Positions 9,454-19,875 are shown, counted from the first letter of the stretch. The stretch is 64,000 nt of DNA from a virus (IMGVR_UViG_3300042691_039794:1-64000), one strand, 5' to 3'. Numbers and translations are program-made. The notes: generated from the letters alone by a model not told the origin.

Positions 9454-9870
9454 ATGAAAAATATACTAATATTAATTTTTGTTTCATTAAGTTTTACAAT
9501 TTTTAGTCAAACTAAGAAACCAATAGACACAACACAAATGTGTATACCATACGATGTTGTACAAAAAATGCTTTTAGATTTAAATGATTATGATAAATTA
9601 AAAGAACTGTCCAAGTTAGATAAAAAAGAAATTTCTGAATTAAACAATAAAATAATTTTTTTAGAAAAAACAACCGATACTTGGCAACAAAAAGACTCAC
9701 TAAGTAATGAAATCATAAAAAGTAATGAAGAAAAGTTTAAAATTGTCGAAAGTGAAAATAAAGATTTGAAAAAAGACATAAAAAAATTAAAAACAAAAAA
9801 TGTAATTGTTGAAATTGTTTCAGGGTCTTTAGTAAGTGCATTAACATATTTATTAGTTTTAAAACAATGA
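9454..9870 (+). CDS. signal-peptide coiled-coil protein with C-terminal TM (spanin-like?)
   Basis: Bacteroidota-type signal peptide ending FS-Q, coiled coil, C-terminal hydrophobic segment. Confidence 0.45.
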   Translation: MKNILILIFVSLSFTIFSQTKKPIDTTQMCIPYDVVQKMLLDLNDYDKLKELSKLDKKEISELNNKIIFLEKTTDTWQQKDSLSNEIIKSNEEKFKIVESENKDLKKDIKKLKTKNVIVEIVSGSLVSALTYLLVLKQ

Positions 9871-10709
9871 TCCCAAAACCAGATTTCAAAAGTTCTATGA
9901 ATAAATCATTTTCTCAAATTTCGGCAGATTTGAGAGACAGCGACAGTAGCGGGGCGAATGTATTAGACGCAATGAATTTTAAAAACTTGATAAATGCAGA
10001 ACTCAAAGAAACTGACAAATCAAGAAAAAAAAATTTCACAGATTTTTTGAATAGTGAAGAAGATTTACAACATATAAAAAAAATAATCAGCACTGGTAAA
10101 AAAACCTCAAGTTGGCAAAAAAGAAAAGAAATCAAAAAGTATTTGAAAGATATTAACGATATAGATGACTTTTTAAAAAGTTATCAAACTCATTTAACAA
10201 GTAAAAAAGAAGAAACGAAAGAAGCGACCGCCTCGGGATCTGCAGGACAATATTCATCTTTATTTTCGGGTGAAATGAAAGAAACTGAAAAAACAAACAA
10301 TAAGAATGTTAAAAAAATTCCTGAAAAAAAATCAAAAGAACATTCACAAGATGATGGGGAGAGTTATACGAAAACAAAAAAAGTAGAAACAAAAGAAGCC
10401 ACATCATCAGCTTCCTCAGGACAATATTCCACTAACAAAGTTTGGGCGAAATCTATGAATAAAAAAGATTTTAGGGGATATTCAAAAACTCAATTACCTG
10501 GTGGAAAATTTGTAAGAGTTAAGAAAAAATGCAAAAAATTTCCTTATTGTAATCAAGGAGATATTAATGCACTTTCATTATTTGAAAATAAAAGTTTACA
10601 AAAAGTAATACAAAAAATAAGTAGTGAAAGAAATATACACGAAGATATAATTTATCAAGTAATTCTTGATGAATTGAATAAAACAAATATCAATAATATT
10701 TATAAATAA
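9867..10709 (+). CDS. hypothetical protein with duplicated ETKEATxSxSxGQYS motif
   Basis: ETKEATASGSAGQYSS and ETKEATSSASSGQYST; CKKFPYCNQGD. Confidence 0.75.
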   Translation: MIPKPDFKSSMNKSFSQISADLRDSDSSGANVLDAMNFKNLINAELKETDKSRKKNFTDFLNSEEDLQHIKKIISTGKKTSSWQKRKEIKKYLKDINDIDDFLKSYQTHLTSKKEETKEATASGSAGQYSSLFSGEMKETEKTNNKNVKKIPEKKSKEHSQDDGESYTKTKKVETKEATSSASSGQYSTNKVWAKSMNKKDFRGYSKTQLPGGKFVRVKKKCKKFPYCNQGDINALSLFENKSLQKVIQKISSERNIHEDIIYQVILDELNKTNINNIYK

Positions 10710-10716
10710 AAATATA

Positions 10717-12015
10717 ATGGAAAATTTATACAACATAGAAAAACAAGTTTCTAAAAATTTGAAAAAAATTGTCAAAGAAAAAGATGACACTTTGAAATTG
10801 TCTAAAAATCGAAAATTTGATTATGTAGAAGACAAAGAGATTTGTGACGAATGTGGTGGTTATAAAAGTGGTGAAATGGTTGAAGGATTGATGTGTGAGT
10901 GTGGTGGTATGAGAGAAAATCAAGTTTATGAAAGGTACTCTAAAGGTCAAAAATACATTGCAAGACAAGCAGAACCGCACGATGAAATAGATGCGGAAGA
11001 TTTCAAAGTTTTGAGATCTAAAAAAAAGAAAGAGATGAAAGAATACGATGATTATTTGTTAGATATTCCAAGTGACTTAAATATGGATGATAAGTGGAAC
11101 GCCCCATCACCTGACGATTATTATGAAAATGATGAATTTGAAGAGTTAAAAATAGACGATGACATGCCGGCATACAAAACAAAATGGAAACATGATATGG
11201 AAGAATCAGAATGTGTTGAGTGCGGTTACATGGAGGAAGGAGAAACTGAAGAAGGAAATAAATTTACTTATGAATTAGAATTGGCAAGAGATAAAGGTAA
11301 AAAAGAATTTTCTGTTGACGGTAAAAAATATCCTGTAAAAGAATCATATCAATTCACTGAAAATGAAATGGTCAATTTTATAGAAAGAATTGTAGAAGAA
11401 GAAAAAAAATTCAGAGCCGGTAAAGAACCAAAAGGTTACAGGGAATATGATAAAGCCCATAGACAAGATAAAAAACAAAACAACGAGTACATTGAAAGTG
11501 TTGTCAAAAAAATGAAAGATTATCTCAAAACAGGATCTAAAGGTAAATTCTCATTCGATCCTAAAATATTTCCGTCAGGGAATGGTGAGTTGGCTGAAAT
11601 GGATAAAATGGCATACACCCCATCTGATGCGGTTGGTGAATATATCGAAAACTTCACAGCGGCGGCGTTGGAAAACATTGATTACGACACTTTCGAACCA
11701 AACAAAGAATGGGTTGACGATAATATTGTAGGGTCTTCAAGAACCGGTAATAATCCAGATTGGGCAAATGCAGTAGAAACACCTACAAACAAAAAAAGAA
11801 AAGAAATCAAAGACAAAAATCTTTGGAGAAAAACTGAGTTAAAGGCCTACAATAAAGCACCACAACCTGTGTATAAAGAAACTGCAGGAAATAGTAAAGA
11901 TGGGTCATCAAATATAATGAAAGCTTTGGAAAGTCATAACAGAGAAGATAAAAAGTTGACAGAGGAATTTTCTAGAATGAAAAACTTGATTGGGTACTCT
12001 TCAAAAACTCAATAA
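10717..12015 (+). CDS. acidic putative internal head/core protein
   Basis: TATTTAT at 10697; E-rich with CxECG repeats and FTENEMVNFIERIVEE motif. Confidence 0.55.
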   Translation: MENLYNIEKQVSKNLKKIVKEKDDTLKLSKNRKFDYVEDKEICDECGGYKSGEMVEGLMCECGGMRENQVYERYSKGQKYIARQAEPHDEIDAEDFKVLRSKKKKEMKEYDDYLLDIPSDLNMDDKWNAPSPDDYYENDEFEELKIDDDMPAYKTKWKHDMEESECVECGYMEEGETEEGNKFTYELELARDKGKKEFSVDGKKYPVKESYQFTENEMVNFIERIVEEEKKFRAGKEPKGYREYDKAHRQDKKQNNEYIESVVKKMKDYLKTGSKGKFSFDPKIFPSGNGELAEMDKMAYTPSDAVGEYIENFTAAALENIDYDTFEPNKEWVDDNIVGSSRTGNNPDWANAVETPTNKKRKEIKDKNLWRKTELKAYNKAPQPVYKETAGNSKDGSSNIMKALESHNREDKKLTEEFSRMKNLIGYSSKTQ

Positions 12016-12055
12016 TTTACTTTTATAATCTTCTTAATAGTTTTTCATGTAAGTC

Positions 12056-12526
12056 ATGGAAAATAACTTTTACGAATATATTGCAAGACCACTTTCTAAA
12101 GAAGAAATTGATATTTTAATAAAAAGAAATAATATAATACCAGAAAAGATGGAGTTATATTATGATTTCTGTTTTTCTTTATACAATCTAATACTAGAAA
12201 CTTTTTTAGGTGACACATCTTCAGTCAATGAAACAAAAGTCGAAATGAATGAGTCCGACATGGTAAATCATTTTAATTGGTGTTGGCAAAAAACAATCAA
12301 CAATTTTGAGAAAGAAGGCATCAATTTCAATACTGATGGGGACCATAAATTTTATTTCAAGGATTTTTTCCTTGAAATTTTTTATTTGCAAAAAAATGAT
12401 AAAATTAAAAGTGCGATAGACATTTTTTTTGAAGACATTTTCGGTAAAGACAAAAAATACACTCAATCAGACATGGACATAATGTTGAATATTTACAACT
12501 ACTTAGATAGAAATTTAATCATATAG
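12056..12526 (+). CDS. hypothetical protein
   Basis: ORF. Confidence 0.7.
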   Translation: MENNFYEYIARPLSKEEIDILIKRNNIIPEKMELYYDFCFSLYNLILETFLGDTSSVNETKVEMNESDMVNHFNWCWQKTINNFEKEGINFNTDGDHKFYFKDFFLEIFYLQKNDKIKSAIDIFFEDIFGKDKKYTQSDMDIMLNIYNYLDRNLII

Positions 12527-12589
12527 TGTTTACAAAAACACTTTTTAAGAATAAATTATAAATAATAAACGATTTTAAAAAAACAAAAA

Positions 12590-12766
12590 ATGAATACGTT
12601 AGAACAAATCAAAACACTTACCGAACAACTTAACAGTGATACTACAAAGTTTTTTAATGGTAACAAAAGTGCTGGTACAAGAGCAAGAAAATCGGCACAA
12701 GAACTAAAGGCATTATTACAATTATTAAGAACTGAAATTTTGAATCATAAAAAAACAGACCAATGA
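12590..12766 (+). CDS. histone H1-like protein (Hc1 family), 58 aa, not in ORF track
   Basis: MNTLEQIKTLTEQLNSDTTKFFNGNKSAGTRARKSAQELKALLQLLRTEILNHKKTDQ; GNKSAGTRARK is the family hallmark. Confidence 0.85.
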   Translation: MNTLEQIKTLTEQLNSDTTKFFNGNKSAGTRARKSAQELKALLQLLRTEILNHKKTDQ

Positions 12767-12951
12767 TCAAATTAGAAACTTTTTTATTTTTCATTTTTGT
12801 ATTTTCTTGTTTATCTTTGATAAACATAGTTGTAAAATTTATAGTCAACTTGTTACAACCTAAACCTGATAAAATTAAACTTACGAGACAGGAACTATTT
12901 TTCTATGGTTTTACTCTTAGTTATATATTGACATACTTAATAAAAAATTAA
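12763..12951 (+). CDS. small two-TM membrane protein
   Basis: two hydrophobic segments; ATGA coupling. Confidence 0.65.
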   Translation: MIKLETFLFFIFVFSCLSLINIVVKFIVNLLQPKPDKIKLTRQELFFYGFTLSYILTYLIKN

Positions 12952-12953
12952 TA

Positions 12954-13358
12954 ATGAGTTTATTCAACGAATTTAACATTTTGTTTCCGTATTTGAACTC
13001 GGTCCGAAAATTAGAGAATTATCTATCTTTTGACGTGGAATTTCCAAAAAAATGGAAAATACCTAAAAGGTTTGTCAATGAAGAGCAAATAGTAGAAAGA
13101 ACAGAGTCAGGTTCAGAATTCAGAAATTTTTCATTTGTTTGCCCTTTTGTTGAAAATGGTGTAGAAGAAACAATTAAAAATCTAAAAAGTATCATTTCAT
13201 ACAATAAAGAATTAGAAGAAAAAGAAAAATTGTTTAACTCAAAAGTACAAGAACTTAAAAATATTTTTGAAAAACAAAATTTAGAAAAATTACATAGCTT
13301 GAAATTTGAATTAATTAATAAAGAATTAACTTTTGATGATGGAGAAGAAACCAAATAG
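12954..13358 (+). CDS. hypothetical protein
   Basis: ORF. Confidence 0.7.
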   Translation: MSLFNEFNILFPYLNSVRKLENYLSFDVEFPKKWKIPKRFVNEEQIVERTESGSEFRNFSFVCPFVENGVEETIKNLKSIISYNKELEEKEKLFNSKVQELKNIFEKQNLEKLHSLKFELINKELTFDDGEETK

Positions 13359-13542
13359 TAAGTTAGAAAAAGAAATTGATTGGTATTTGAATGAAATCGA
13401 AAAAGATAAAAAAGATCTTGAACTACAAAAAGAAAGTTTTATTGAAAACATAAAAAAATTCAATAAAGAAGATCTATTACCAAAAAAACCACAAAAGTTA
13501 ACAATATGGCAAAAAATAAGGAAGTCATTGATGGGATATTAG
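13333..13542 (+). CDS. hypothetical protein
   Basis: ORF overlapping neighbours. Confidence 0.6.
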   Translation: MMMEKKPNSKLEKEIDWYLNEIEKDKKDLELQKESFIENIKKFNKEDLLPKKPQKLTIWQKIRKSLMGY

Positions 13543-13820
13543 AAAAACTTGCGTTGATCTCCGAAGCTAGTCAAGATATATTTGAAGACGCAAAACCAAC
13601 AATAATATACGAACTGTCAGATAAGGACTATAAGGAGGTCCAAGACAATTTCAGAGACGTTGATAAAAAATACAATAAGTTCAGAATAGAAATTTCAGGC
13701 GTAGATTTTATTATCATTAATTCAGAAAAAGTTGAAGATAAAAAAGTTGAAGAAGTTACATTAATGACCAAAATAAAAAGATTATTTTCTAAAAGTAGTA
13801 AATCTCCTGTAAAGAATTGA
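13506..13820 (+). CDS. hypothetical protein
   Basis: ORF. Confidence 0.65.
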   Translation: MAKNKEVIDGILEKLALISEASQDIFEDAKPTIIYELSDKDYKEVQDNFRDVDKKYNKFRIEISGVDFIIINSEKVEDKKVEEVTLMTKIKRLFSKSSKSPVKN

Positions 13821-14414
13821 TTTATCAATTCCAAAAGAACTAAGTTGTTCATACAATAATTTTTTCTGAACGGATGAAGTATCTGTAACAACGATACAAT
13901 CCGTTCTTTTTTTGTCTATTAAAAAATTAGATAGACATTTCAAAAATCTTAAAGATTCGTCACTTGTTTTGAAAGTAAACATAGAAAAGTTATTATCTTC
14001 TTGTACAAAAATTTTATTGTTTAAAACAAAAACTATCTTTATCACATTTGTTGATAAATAATTTTCATAAAAATCTGTAAGATCTATTTTTTTATTTTTT
14101 TGATTATCGACAAATTTTTCTTCGATCGAAAACTTACTAATTTCTATCAGTTTATATTTGGAATCATCTAAATCCAATTTTATTTGTCTTCCATAGTCGT
14201 CTTTGAAAAAATAACTCGTAAAATCATTTTTGTTTTTAGTTATCAAACCAATTTCAAAGTCACAAGAATCGTAACCATCAATTATCTTTTCGAAATATAC
14301 CTCATTACTTTTTTTTAATTCTTCGAAAAAAAATTTAGCCTTTTCCTCTGTTTTAAATTTGTTGATTATTTTTTTCTTTTTTTTATTTTTGAAAAGTATT
14401 ACCATGTAATTCAT
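13782..14414 (-). CDS. hypothetical protein
   Basis: long minus-strand ORF divergent from dnaJ. Confidence 0.75.
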   Translation of the reverse strand: MNYMVILFKNKKKKKIINKFKTEEKAKFFFEELKKSNEVYFEKIIDGYDSCDFEIGLITKNKNDFTSYFFKDDYGRQIKLDLDDSKYKLIEISKFSIEEKFVDNQKNKKIDLTDFYENYLSTNVIKIVFVLNNKIFVQEDNNFSMFTFKTSDESLRFLKCLSNFLIDKKRTDCIVVTDTSSVQKKLLYEQLSSFGIDKSILYRRFTTFRK

Positions 14415-14443
14415 GAATTAATTATAAAAAAATTTTTTTTTAA

Positions 14444-15361
14444 ATGAACAACGAAAACTATTATAATATATTGGGAGTGAACGAAAACGTTTCACAGGAT
14501 GAACTTAAAAAGGTTTATAGAAAACTTGCAAAAGAAAAACATCCAGATGCGGGGGGAAATGAAGACGAGTTCAAGAAGATATCAGAAGCATATGATATTT
14601 TAGGGAACGAAGAAAAAAGGTCTGATTATGATAGAAGAAGAAAAAACCCATTTGGTGGATTTGGAGACATGGGGGACATTTTTTCAAGTATGTTCAATCA
14701 AAACAAACAAAGAAGATCCGTACCGATTACAAAACTTGATATGAATGTGGGAGTTTTGGAGTCATATAAAGGAGTGAAAAAACAAGTTTCTTATCAAAGA
14801 AAAAAAATGTGTGACCCTTGTCAAGGATCTGGTGGAAAAAAACAAACTTGTCAAACTTGTAAAGGAGAAGGGGTGTTATGGAAAGAATTTGGTAGTGGGA
14901 TGTTTGTTCAGATGGTGCAAACAGTTTGTAATGTGTGTAGTGGTTTTGGTGAAAAAATAATCGAACCTTGTTTTGTGTGTAATGGAACAGGAAATAGAGG
15001 GGAAATTAAACAAGTTGAAATAAAATTACCACACGGAGTTGATAATGGTCAATTTGTTAAATTAACAGGTATGGGTGATTTTGCTGATGGTACATATGGG
15101 GATTTAATTGTTAGAGTTAATTTACAACCAGAAAGCAACTTTGACAAGTACGAAAATCATTTAGTTTATAATGCTTTTTTAAATTTGGATGATATCAAAA
15201 ATGGAAATCTGAACGTTCCACATCCTGATGGTGAATTGAATGTTAAACTCCCCAAAAAAATAGACACATCAATTCCTCTCAGAGTTAAATCCAAAGGATT
15301 TAAATACAACACAGTTGGAGATTTGATTATAAATCAATACTTGAGATTTGACAGAGATTAA
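14444..15361 (+). CDS. dnaJ: DnaJ chaperone
   Basis: J domain with HPD, four CxxCxGxG zinc repeats, C-terminal domain. Confidence 0.93.
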   Translation: MNNENYYNILGVNENVSQDELKKVYRKLAKEKHPDAGGNEDEFKKISEAYDILGNEEKRSDYDRRRKNPFGGFGDMGDIFSSMFNQNKQRRSVPITKLDMNVGVLESYKGVKKQVSYQRKKMCDPCQGSGGKKQTCQTCKGEGVLWKEFGSGMFVQMVQTVCNVCSGFGEKIIEPCFVCNGTGNRGEIKQVEIKLPHGVDNGQFVKLTGMGDFADGTYGDLIVRVNLQPESNFDKYENHLVYNAFLNLDDIKNGNLNVPHPDGELNVKLPKKIDTSIPLRVKSKGFKYNTVGDLIINQYLRFDRD

Positions 15362-15519
15362 AAAAGTGATTTAATATCTTTGATCATAGATATCAATCCA
15401 TATATTGATAGAAAGGTCATTATTCCACCCAAAATAAAAACTAATCTTTGGGTAATTTTAACTTGTTTACTTTCCTTACAAGTTGGGCATTTAACTTCTG
15501 TTGCTTTTTTATTTTCCAT
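15358..15519 (-). CDS. small CxxC + TM protein (53 aa, not in ORF track)
   Basis: MENKKATEVKCPTCKESKQVKITQRLVFILGGIMTFLSIYGLISMIKDIKSLF; fills gap. Confidence 0.6.
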   Translation of the reverse strand: MENKKATEVKCPTCKESKQVKITQRLVFILGGIMTFLSIYGLISMIKDIKSLF

Positions 15520-15566
15520 ACTTATAATTTAATTATCAGTCAGTTGAAAATAAATATCAAAAACAC

Positions 15567-15574
15567 TATATTTG
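15567..15574 (+). promoter_or_regulatory. Bacteroidota -7 element, leaderless start
   Basis: TATATTTG; ATG begins 5 nt after its final G. Confidence 0.7.
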
Positions 15575-15578
15575 AACT

Positions 15579-16418
15579 ATGTTAAGTTATATTGGAGGTA
15601 AAAGTAAGATTGGAAAGTGGATCGTCCCTTTCTATGATAAAAATATGGAGGTTTATTTAGAGACCTTTGGAGGGATGTTTTGGTGTTTTTATAATATGGA
15701 CCTAAAACAATTTCCAAACCTAAAAAAAGTTGTTTATAACGACTTTAACCCACTTAATTACAATTTATTCAAGTGCGTTCAAAACCCAACAGAATTACTA
15801 CGATCAATCAACTCTATTGATTGTCAAAAACAGGGGGTTGATGTTACACCTGAACTATATCGTGAACAATTTGTAAGCTTTCAGGCTGAAATTTTTAATC
15901 AAGGTTTCAGCGTACAACCTGGCAATTATGAAGTGGCCGCCAAATACGTTTATATTCTAACACAAGTTTTCAGTGGGTCAAAACCTGAAACATCAAACTT
16001 CATTGATCTTAAAGGAAAATACAAATCAAAGTATCTTACGTTTAGAGACAAGTTATCTAAACCTGATTGGGTGGATCATTTTTTAAAAATCACTGACGTT
16101 GAGAATATGGATTTTTCCGATGTAGTTCAAAAGTATGACTCACCATCAACATACATTTATTTGGATCCGCCTTATTGGAAAACTGAAAACTACTACTCAA
16201 ACCACGACTTTGATAGACAAGATCATGAGAGGTTGGCAAACGTATTACACGGAGTCCAAGGTAAGTTTTCATTATCATATTATGATTTTGAACTACTTCA
16301 CAAGTGGTTTCCTGAAGATCAATATACTTGGGTTAGAAAAGAATTTGCAAAGGCGGCGGCAGCCAAGAAGGGTGAGAAACAAAACATGGGGGAAGAATTA
16401 CTTATTATGAACTATTAA
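15579..16418 (+). CDS. DNA adenine methyltransferase, D12/Dam class
   Basis: YIGGKS, ETFGG, YNDFN, YLDPPY, ELLIMNY. Confidence 0.92.
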   Translation: MLSYIGGKSKIGKWIVPFYDKNMEVYLETFGGMFWCFYNMDLKQFPNLKKVVYNDFNPLNYNLFKCVQNPTELLRSINSIDCQKQGVDVTPELYREQFVSFQAEIFNQGFSVQPGNYEVAAKYVYILTQVFSGSKPETSNFIDLKGKYKSKYLTFRDKLSKPDWVDHFLKITDVENMDFSDVVQKYDSPSTYIYLDPPYWKTENYYSNHDFDRQDHERLANVLHGVQGKFSLSYYDFELLHKWFPEDQYTWVRKEFAKAAAAKKGEKQNMGEELLIMNY

Positions 16419-16458
16419 TTTTTTTTTATAATCAAATATTTATTAAAAAAACAAATTC

Positions 16459-18357
16459 ATGGACTTAGTCAAAATATTGTCTACTGTAGTAGAAAAAAAA
16501 TCTATTAGTACAAAACTTGTTATTAATGAGGCGTTGTCAAAAAAAGTAATTGAGAAACTTTTGAAAAAATTTAAAACGCAAACAAAAGATGACGATTCGG
16601 TTATTCTTAAAACAATCGAAGGTTTTAGTAAATTCAAAGATAGTTTACCAACTGGTAAGAGGGATATTACTCAATATGATTATTTACCTTTAAAAAATAT
16701 CGTTCTAACTAAAGAAACAAAAAAATTAGAAAAAGAATCATATCCAAAATACATAGAACAAAATAAAGGGGCCAATAAAAACGATGTAAAAAAAGCCCTT
16801 AAAAAATATTTTGAGTTGTATCCTTTGTTGGCTCCAAATCAAAGAAATTTAGACAACCTACCATACCTGAAATTAATTGAATTCTTACAACAAAAGTTTA
16901 ATACAATTATTACAGCCGCGGCAACAAAAAAGTTCAAAGAAGAAGCACCTTCAATCACAAATGAGCAATTAATTTATTATATATCTGCTTACTTAGACAA
17001 CTATAATAACTTGCCTGAAACTACACCACCAATATTATTCATGACTTTTGAACAATTGGAACATGTGGTTGATGGTTTGGGTGGAATTTCTGACGATTTG
17101 AAAAAACCAAAAGGTCAGTATGACGACATCGAAAGAATCTATGATCAAGACAACCTTTTGATATTTAAACCAAACGGAAAAGAACAATGTGTAAGATTGG
17201 CACATGGTAGAAGTTGGTGTATATCAAGAGAAGGAGGAAGTAATCTTTATTACAATTATAGATTAGATAAAAATTTAACAATCTACTATGTTATAGATTT
17301 AGATAAACCATACGGTGATTTAGATTTTGCTAGTGTAATACTTGTTGATAAATACGGTAGAAAAAGAATTGCAGATGGAAAAAATATGGCAGGAGGATAC
17401 TCTGGACATAACGTAGAAAGTTGGGACACAATAAGTAAAAAAGTTCCAAAAATTGCCGACAAAGAGAATTTATTTGTACCTGACCCATTAACTGATGAAG
17501 AACAGGATCTATTTTACAAATATAGAAATGCATCAGTAAGTCAAGATGCGGTAAAAGAATTAGGAAGTGTACACGCAGCAGAAATGTGGTTAGAATTAAG
17601 AAGCCCGGATCTTAGCAATTATTCAAACGGAAGTACTGTATATTCAAATTTACCTGACGAACTTAAGAAAAAATATATAAGTTTAGATTTAGGACTGACA
17701 TCTGAAATGATTAAAAATTCTTCACCTGAGGTTTTAAAACTTTATGCGTCACGTCAATTAGAAAAGATACTTAGAAAGTCACTAAAAGAATTGAAAAGCA
17801 CTGATATTAGTTTCTTAAAAACACCAATTATGGCTCAACATAAGGAAGGTTTGAAAGAAAGATTTGCTAGTGAATTAACTATGGGCGGTAATGACAAAGG
17901 ATATATTTCTTTGGAATACCCTAACGATATAAGTTCCAAATTTGCCGCTTTGTATGGTTTTGATACTTTTTTCGATTCATTACCAAATGACATTGAGTTT
18001 TTAACTTTGGAAAATAAATCAGGAGAACCTATGACGGAAAAAATACCTGAAAGTATTTCGAGATTCCAAAATCTAACCACATTGGTTATTATAAATTTTA
18101 TAGATGAATTACCAAACAACATTGGAGATTTGAAAAATTTAGGTTTTTTGAGTATTAATGATTGTCCGAATCTAAAATCTTTTCCCGACTCTATTTCCAA
18201 ACTCAGTTGTTTAGAGTATTTTTCACTCGAAGGATCAAACACCTCACATTTAAAATTACCTGAAAGCGCAAAACCATATATGAAACTTCATTCTGATTTT
18301 GTTGAGTTAGATTTTCCTGAGAATATGAGACAACATTGCGAACCAATAAAATATTAG
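16459..18357 (+). CDS. multidomain protein with PcfJ-like WC domain and C-terminal leucine-rich repeats
   Basis: CVRLAHGRSWCIS; IPESISRFQNL, LPNNIGDLKNL, FPDSISKLSCL; TATTTAT at 16437. Confidence 0.7.
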   Translation: MDLVKILSTVVEKKSISTKLVINEALSKKVIEKLLKKFKTQTKDDDSVILKTIEGFSKFKDSLPTGKRDITQYDYLPLKNIVLTKETKKLEKESYPKYIEQNKGANKNDVKKALKKYFELYPLLAPNQRNLDNLPYLKLIEFLQQKFNTIITAAATKKFKEEAPSITNEQLIYYISAYLDNYNNLPETTPPILFMTFEQLEHVVDGLGGISDDLKKPKGQYDDIERIYDQDNLLIFKPNGKEQCVRLAHGRSWCISREGGSNLYYNYRLDKNLTIYYVIDLDKPYGDLDFASVILVDKYGRKRIADGKNMAGGYSGHNVESWDTISKKVPKIADKENLFVPDPLTDEEQDLFYKYRNASVSQDAVKELGSVHAAEMWLELRSPDLSNYSNGSTVYSNLPDELKKKYISLDLGLTSEMIKNSSPEVLKLYASRQLEKILRKSLKELKSTDISFLKTPIMAQHKEGLKERFASELTMGGNDKGYISLEYPNDISSKFAALYGFDTFFDSLPNDIEFLTLENKSGEPMTEKIPESISRFQNLTTLVIINFIDELPNNIGDLKNLGFLSINDCPNLKSFPDSISKLSCLEYFSLEGSNTSHLKLPESAKPYMKLHSDFVELDFPENMRQHCEPIKY

Positions 18358-18360
18358 AAT

Positions 18361-18657
18361 ATGAAAAACATAGATTGTGAGATCTACATAAGCCAACTAA
18401 TTTCTTTCTTTGAAAACAACCCAAACGATTTAATGATTTTGATTGGGGACTTACAAAAAAAAGATTTCTACGATAAGTTAAAAGAGAGGTGTAAAAAAAA
18501 TTCTGAAAATGGAGATGATTACATTTTGAGTCGACAACAGATTGTTGACATCATATTAGAATTAAAAATACCCGAACTTAATAATGTTGTAGACCCACAA
18601 AACCTTATTGATGGTGTGATACAAAAAACCAAATGGGGAGAAATTAATTTAAATTAA
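18361..18657 (+). CDS. hypothetical protein
   Basis: ORF. Confidence 0.7.
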   Translation: MKNIDCEIYISQLISFFENNPNDLMILIGDLQKKDFYDKLKERCKKNSENGDDYILSRQQIVDIILELKIPELNNVVDPQNLIDGVIQKTKWGEINLN

Positions 18658-18691
18658 ACTCAAAAAAATTTTATAATTAAAAAAAAAGTTT

Positions 18692-18699
18692 TATCTTTG
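18692..18699 (+). promoter_or_regulatory. Bacteroidota -7 element
   Basis: TATCTTTG upstream of DUF932 gene. Confidence 0.7.
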
Positions 18700-18721
18700 T
18701 ATTCTAATAACAAAACAATAT

Positions 18722-19477
18722 ATGGAATACACATCAGAACTAATCAAAAAATTTGCCCCTTCGGCATTCGCAACTTCCCCATCTCCAAAAATGACAAACA
18801 AATATACCTTTGTTCCTACGGATCAGGTTATTGAGTTTTTTGATCGTGAAGGATGGAAAGTTTCATCAGTAAAACAAACTGGTAAAGGTATACATGGTCT
18901 TCACGAGATCAAGTTTCGAAACAGTGAATTACCAAAAGTAGGAGACACTTTGGTTGAGGCCATAATCCGTAATTCACACAACGGCACATCGGCTTTCTCC
19001 ATGAGTGCAGGACTTTTTCGTTTGGTATGTTCTAACGGACTTACAGTACCAACCGCAGTTGCTGAAAAATTTACAATGAGACACAATCATTTTGGTCTTG
19101 ATGATGTTAAAGAGTTGGCTGACAATTTTTCAAAAAAACTACCTTTAATTGAAACATCAGTCGGAAGTATGATGGCTCGTGAGTTAAACACAGATGAAAA
19201 AATTGATTTTGTTCGCAAATCTGCACAAATCCGTTTTGGAGTTGAAAAAACTTTGAACGATTTGGAAATCATGAACTTGTTAACCCCGAACCGAAAAGAC
19301 GATGAAGGAGACGACATGTGGAGAATCTTTAACGTAGTACAAGAAAAATTTGTAAGAGGAGGAGCACAGGTGATGAACAACAAAGGACGAGTTGTTAAAA
19401 TGAGAAAAATTGATAACATACTTTCTCAAAACACAATCAATACGAAACTTTGGCAATTAGCGGAAGAAATGATTTAA
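18722..19477 (+). CDS. DUF932/DUF945 family protein
   Basis: APSAF, YTFVPT, NSHNG, GLFRLVCSNGL, WRIFNVVQE, NTKLW. Confidence 0.88.
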   Translation: MEYTSELIKKFAPSAFATSPSPKMTNKYTFVPTDQVIEFFDREGWKVSSVKQTGKGIHGLHEIKFRNSELPKVGDTLVEAIIRNSHNGTSAFSMSAGLFRLVCSNGLTVPTAVAEKFTMRHNHFGLDDVKELADNFSKKLPLIETSVGSMMARELNTDEKIDFVRKSAQIRFGVEKTLNDLEIMNLLTPNRKDDEGDDMWRIFNVVQEKFVRGGAQVMNNKGRVVKMRKIDNILSQNTINTKLWQLAEEMI

Positions 19478-19482
19478 TTAAT

Positions 19483-19513
19483 AAAAAGTGGTGACTTTGT
19501 TACCACTTTTTTT
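19483..19513 (+). terminator. intrinsic terminator
   Basis: aaaaagtggtga...ttaccacttttt hairpin with T tract. Confidence 0.8.
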
Positions 19514-19524
19514 ATATTGTAAGT

Positions 19525-19875
19525 ATGGAAGAAAAATTATTATTTAGTAAAGAATCAAATTTTTTGGATATTTTGGAAAAAACGCAAAATAAAATATATT
19601 GTTCTGTGTATCTTTCATCACAATATTCCTTAACTCCCGAATTATTAATGTCAAAAAACTATCAAGTTGAGTATTTAGATTCTGTTGAGATTAATGGAAA
19701 AATATATCACAAACAGGGTATTTTTAAAAACAAATCCAATATTTATTTATATCTTGCTAAAAGCAAAGTTTCACTATCATCTTATGAAATAAAAGTTTTT
19801 TATGAATCAGAAAAAATGAGTGAAGCTTTATTCTTCATTAAAAATTTAAATAAACTAAAAGAAAATGGAAATTAG
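19525..19875 (+). CDS. hypothetical protein
   Basis: ORF. Confidence 0.7.
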   Translation: MEEKLLFSKESNFLDILEKTQNKIYCSVYLSSQYSLTPELLMSKNYQVEYLDSVEINGKIYHKQGIFKNKSNIYLYLAKSKVSLSSYEIKVFYESEKMSEALFFIKNLNKLKENGN

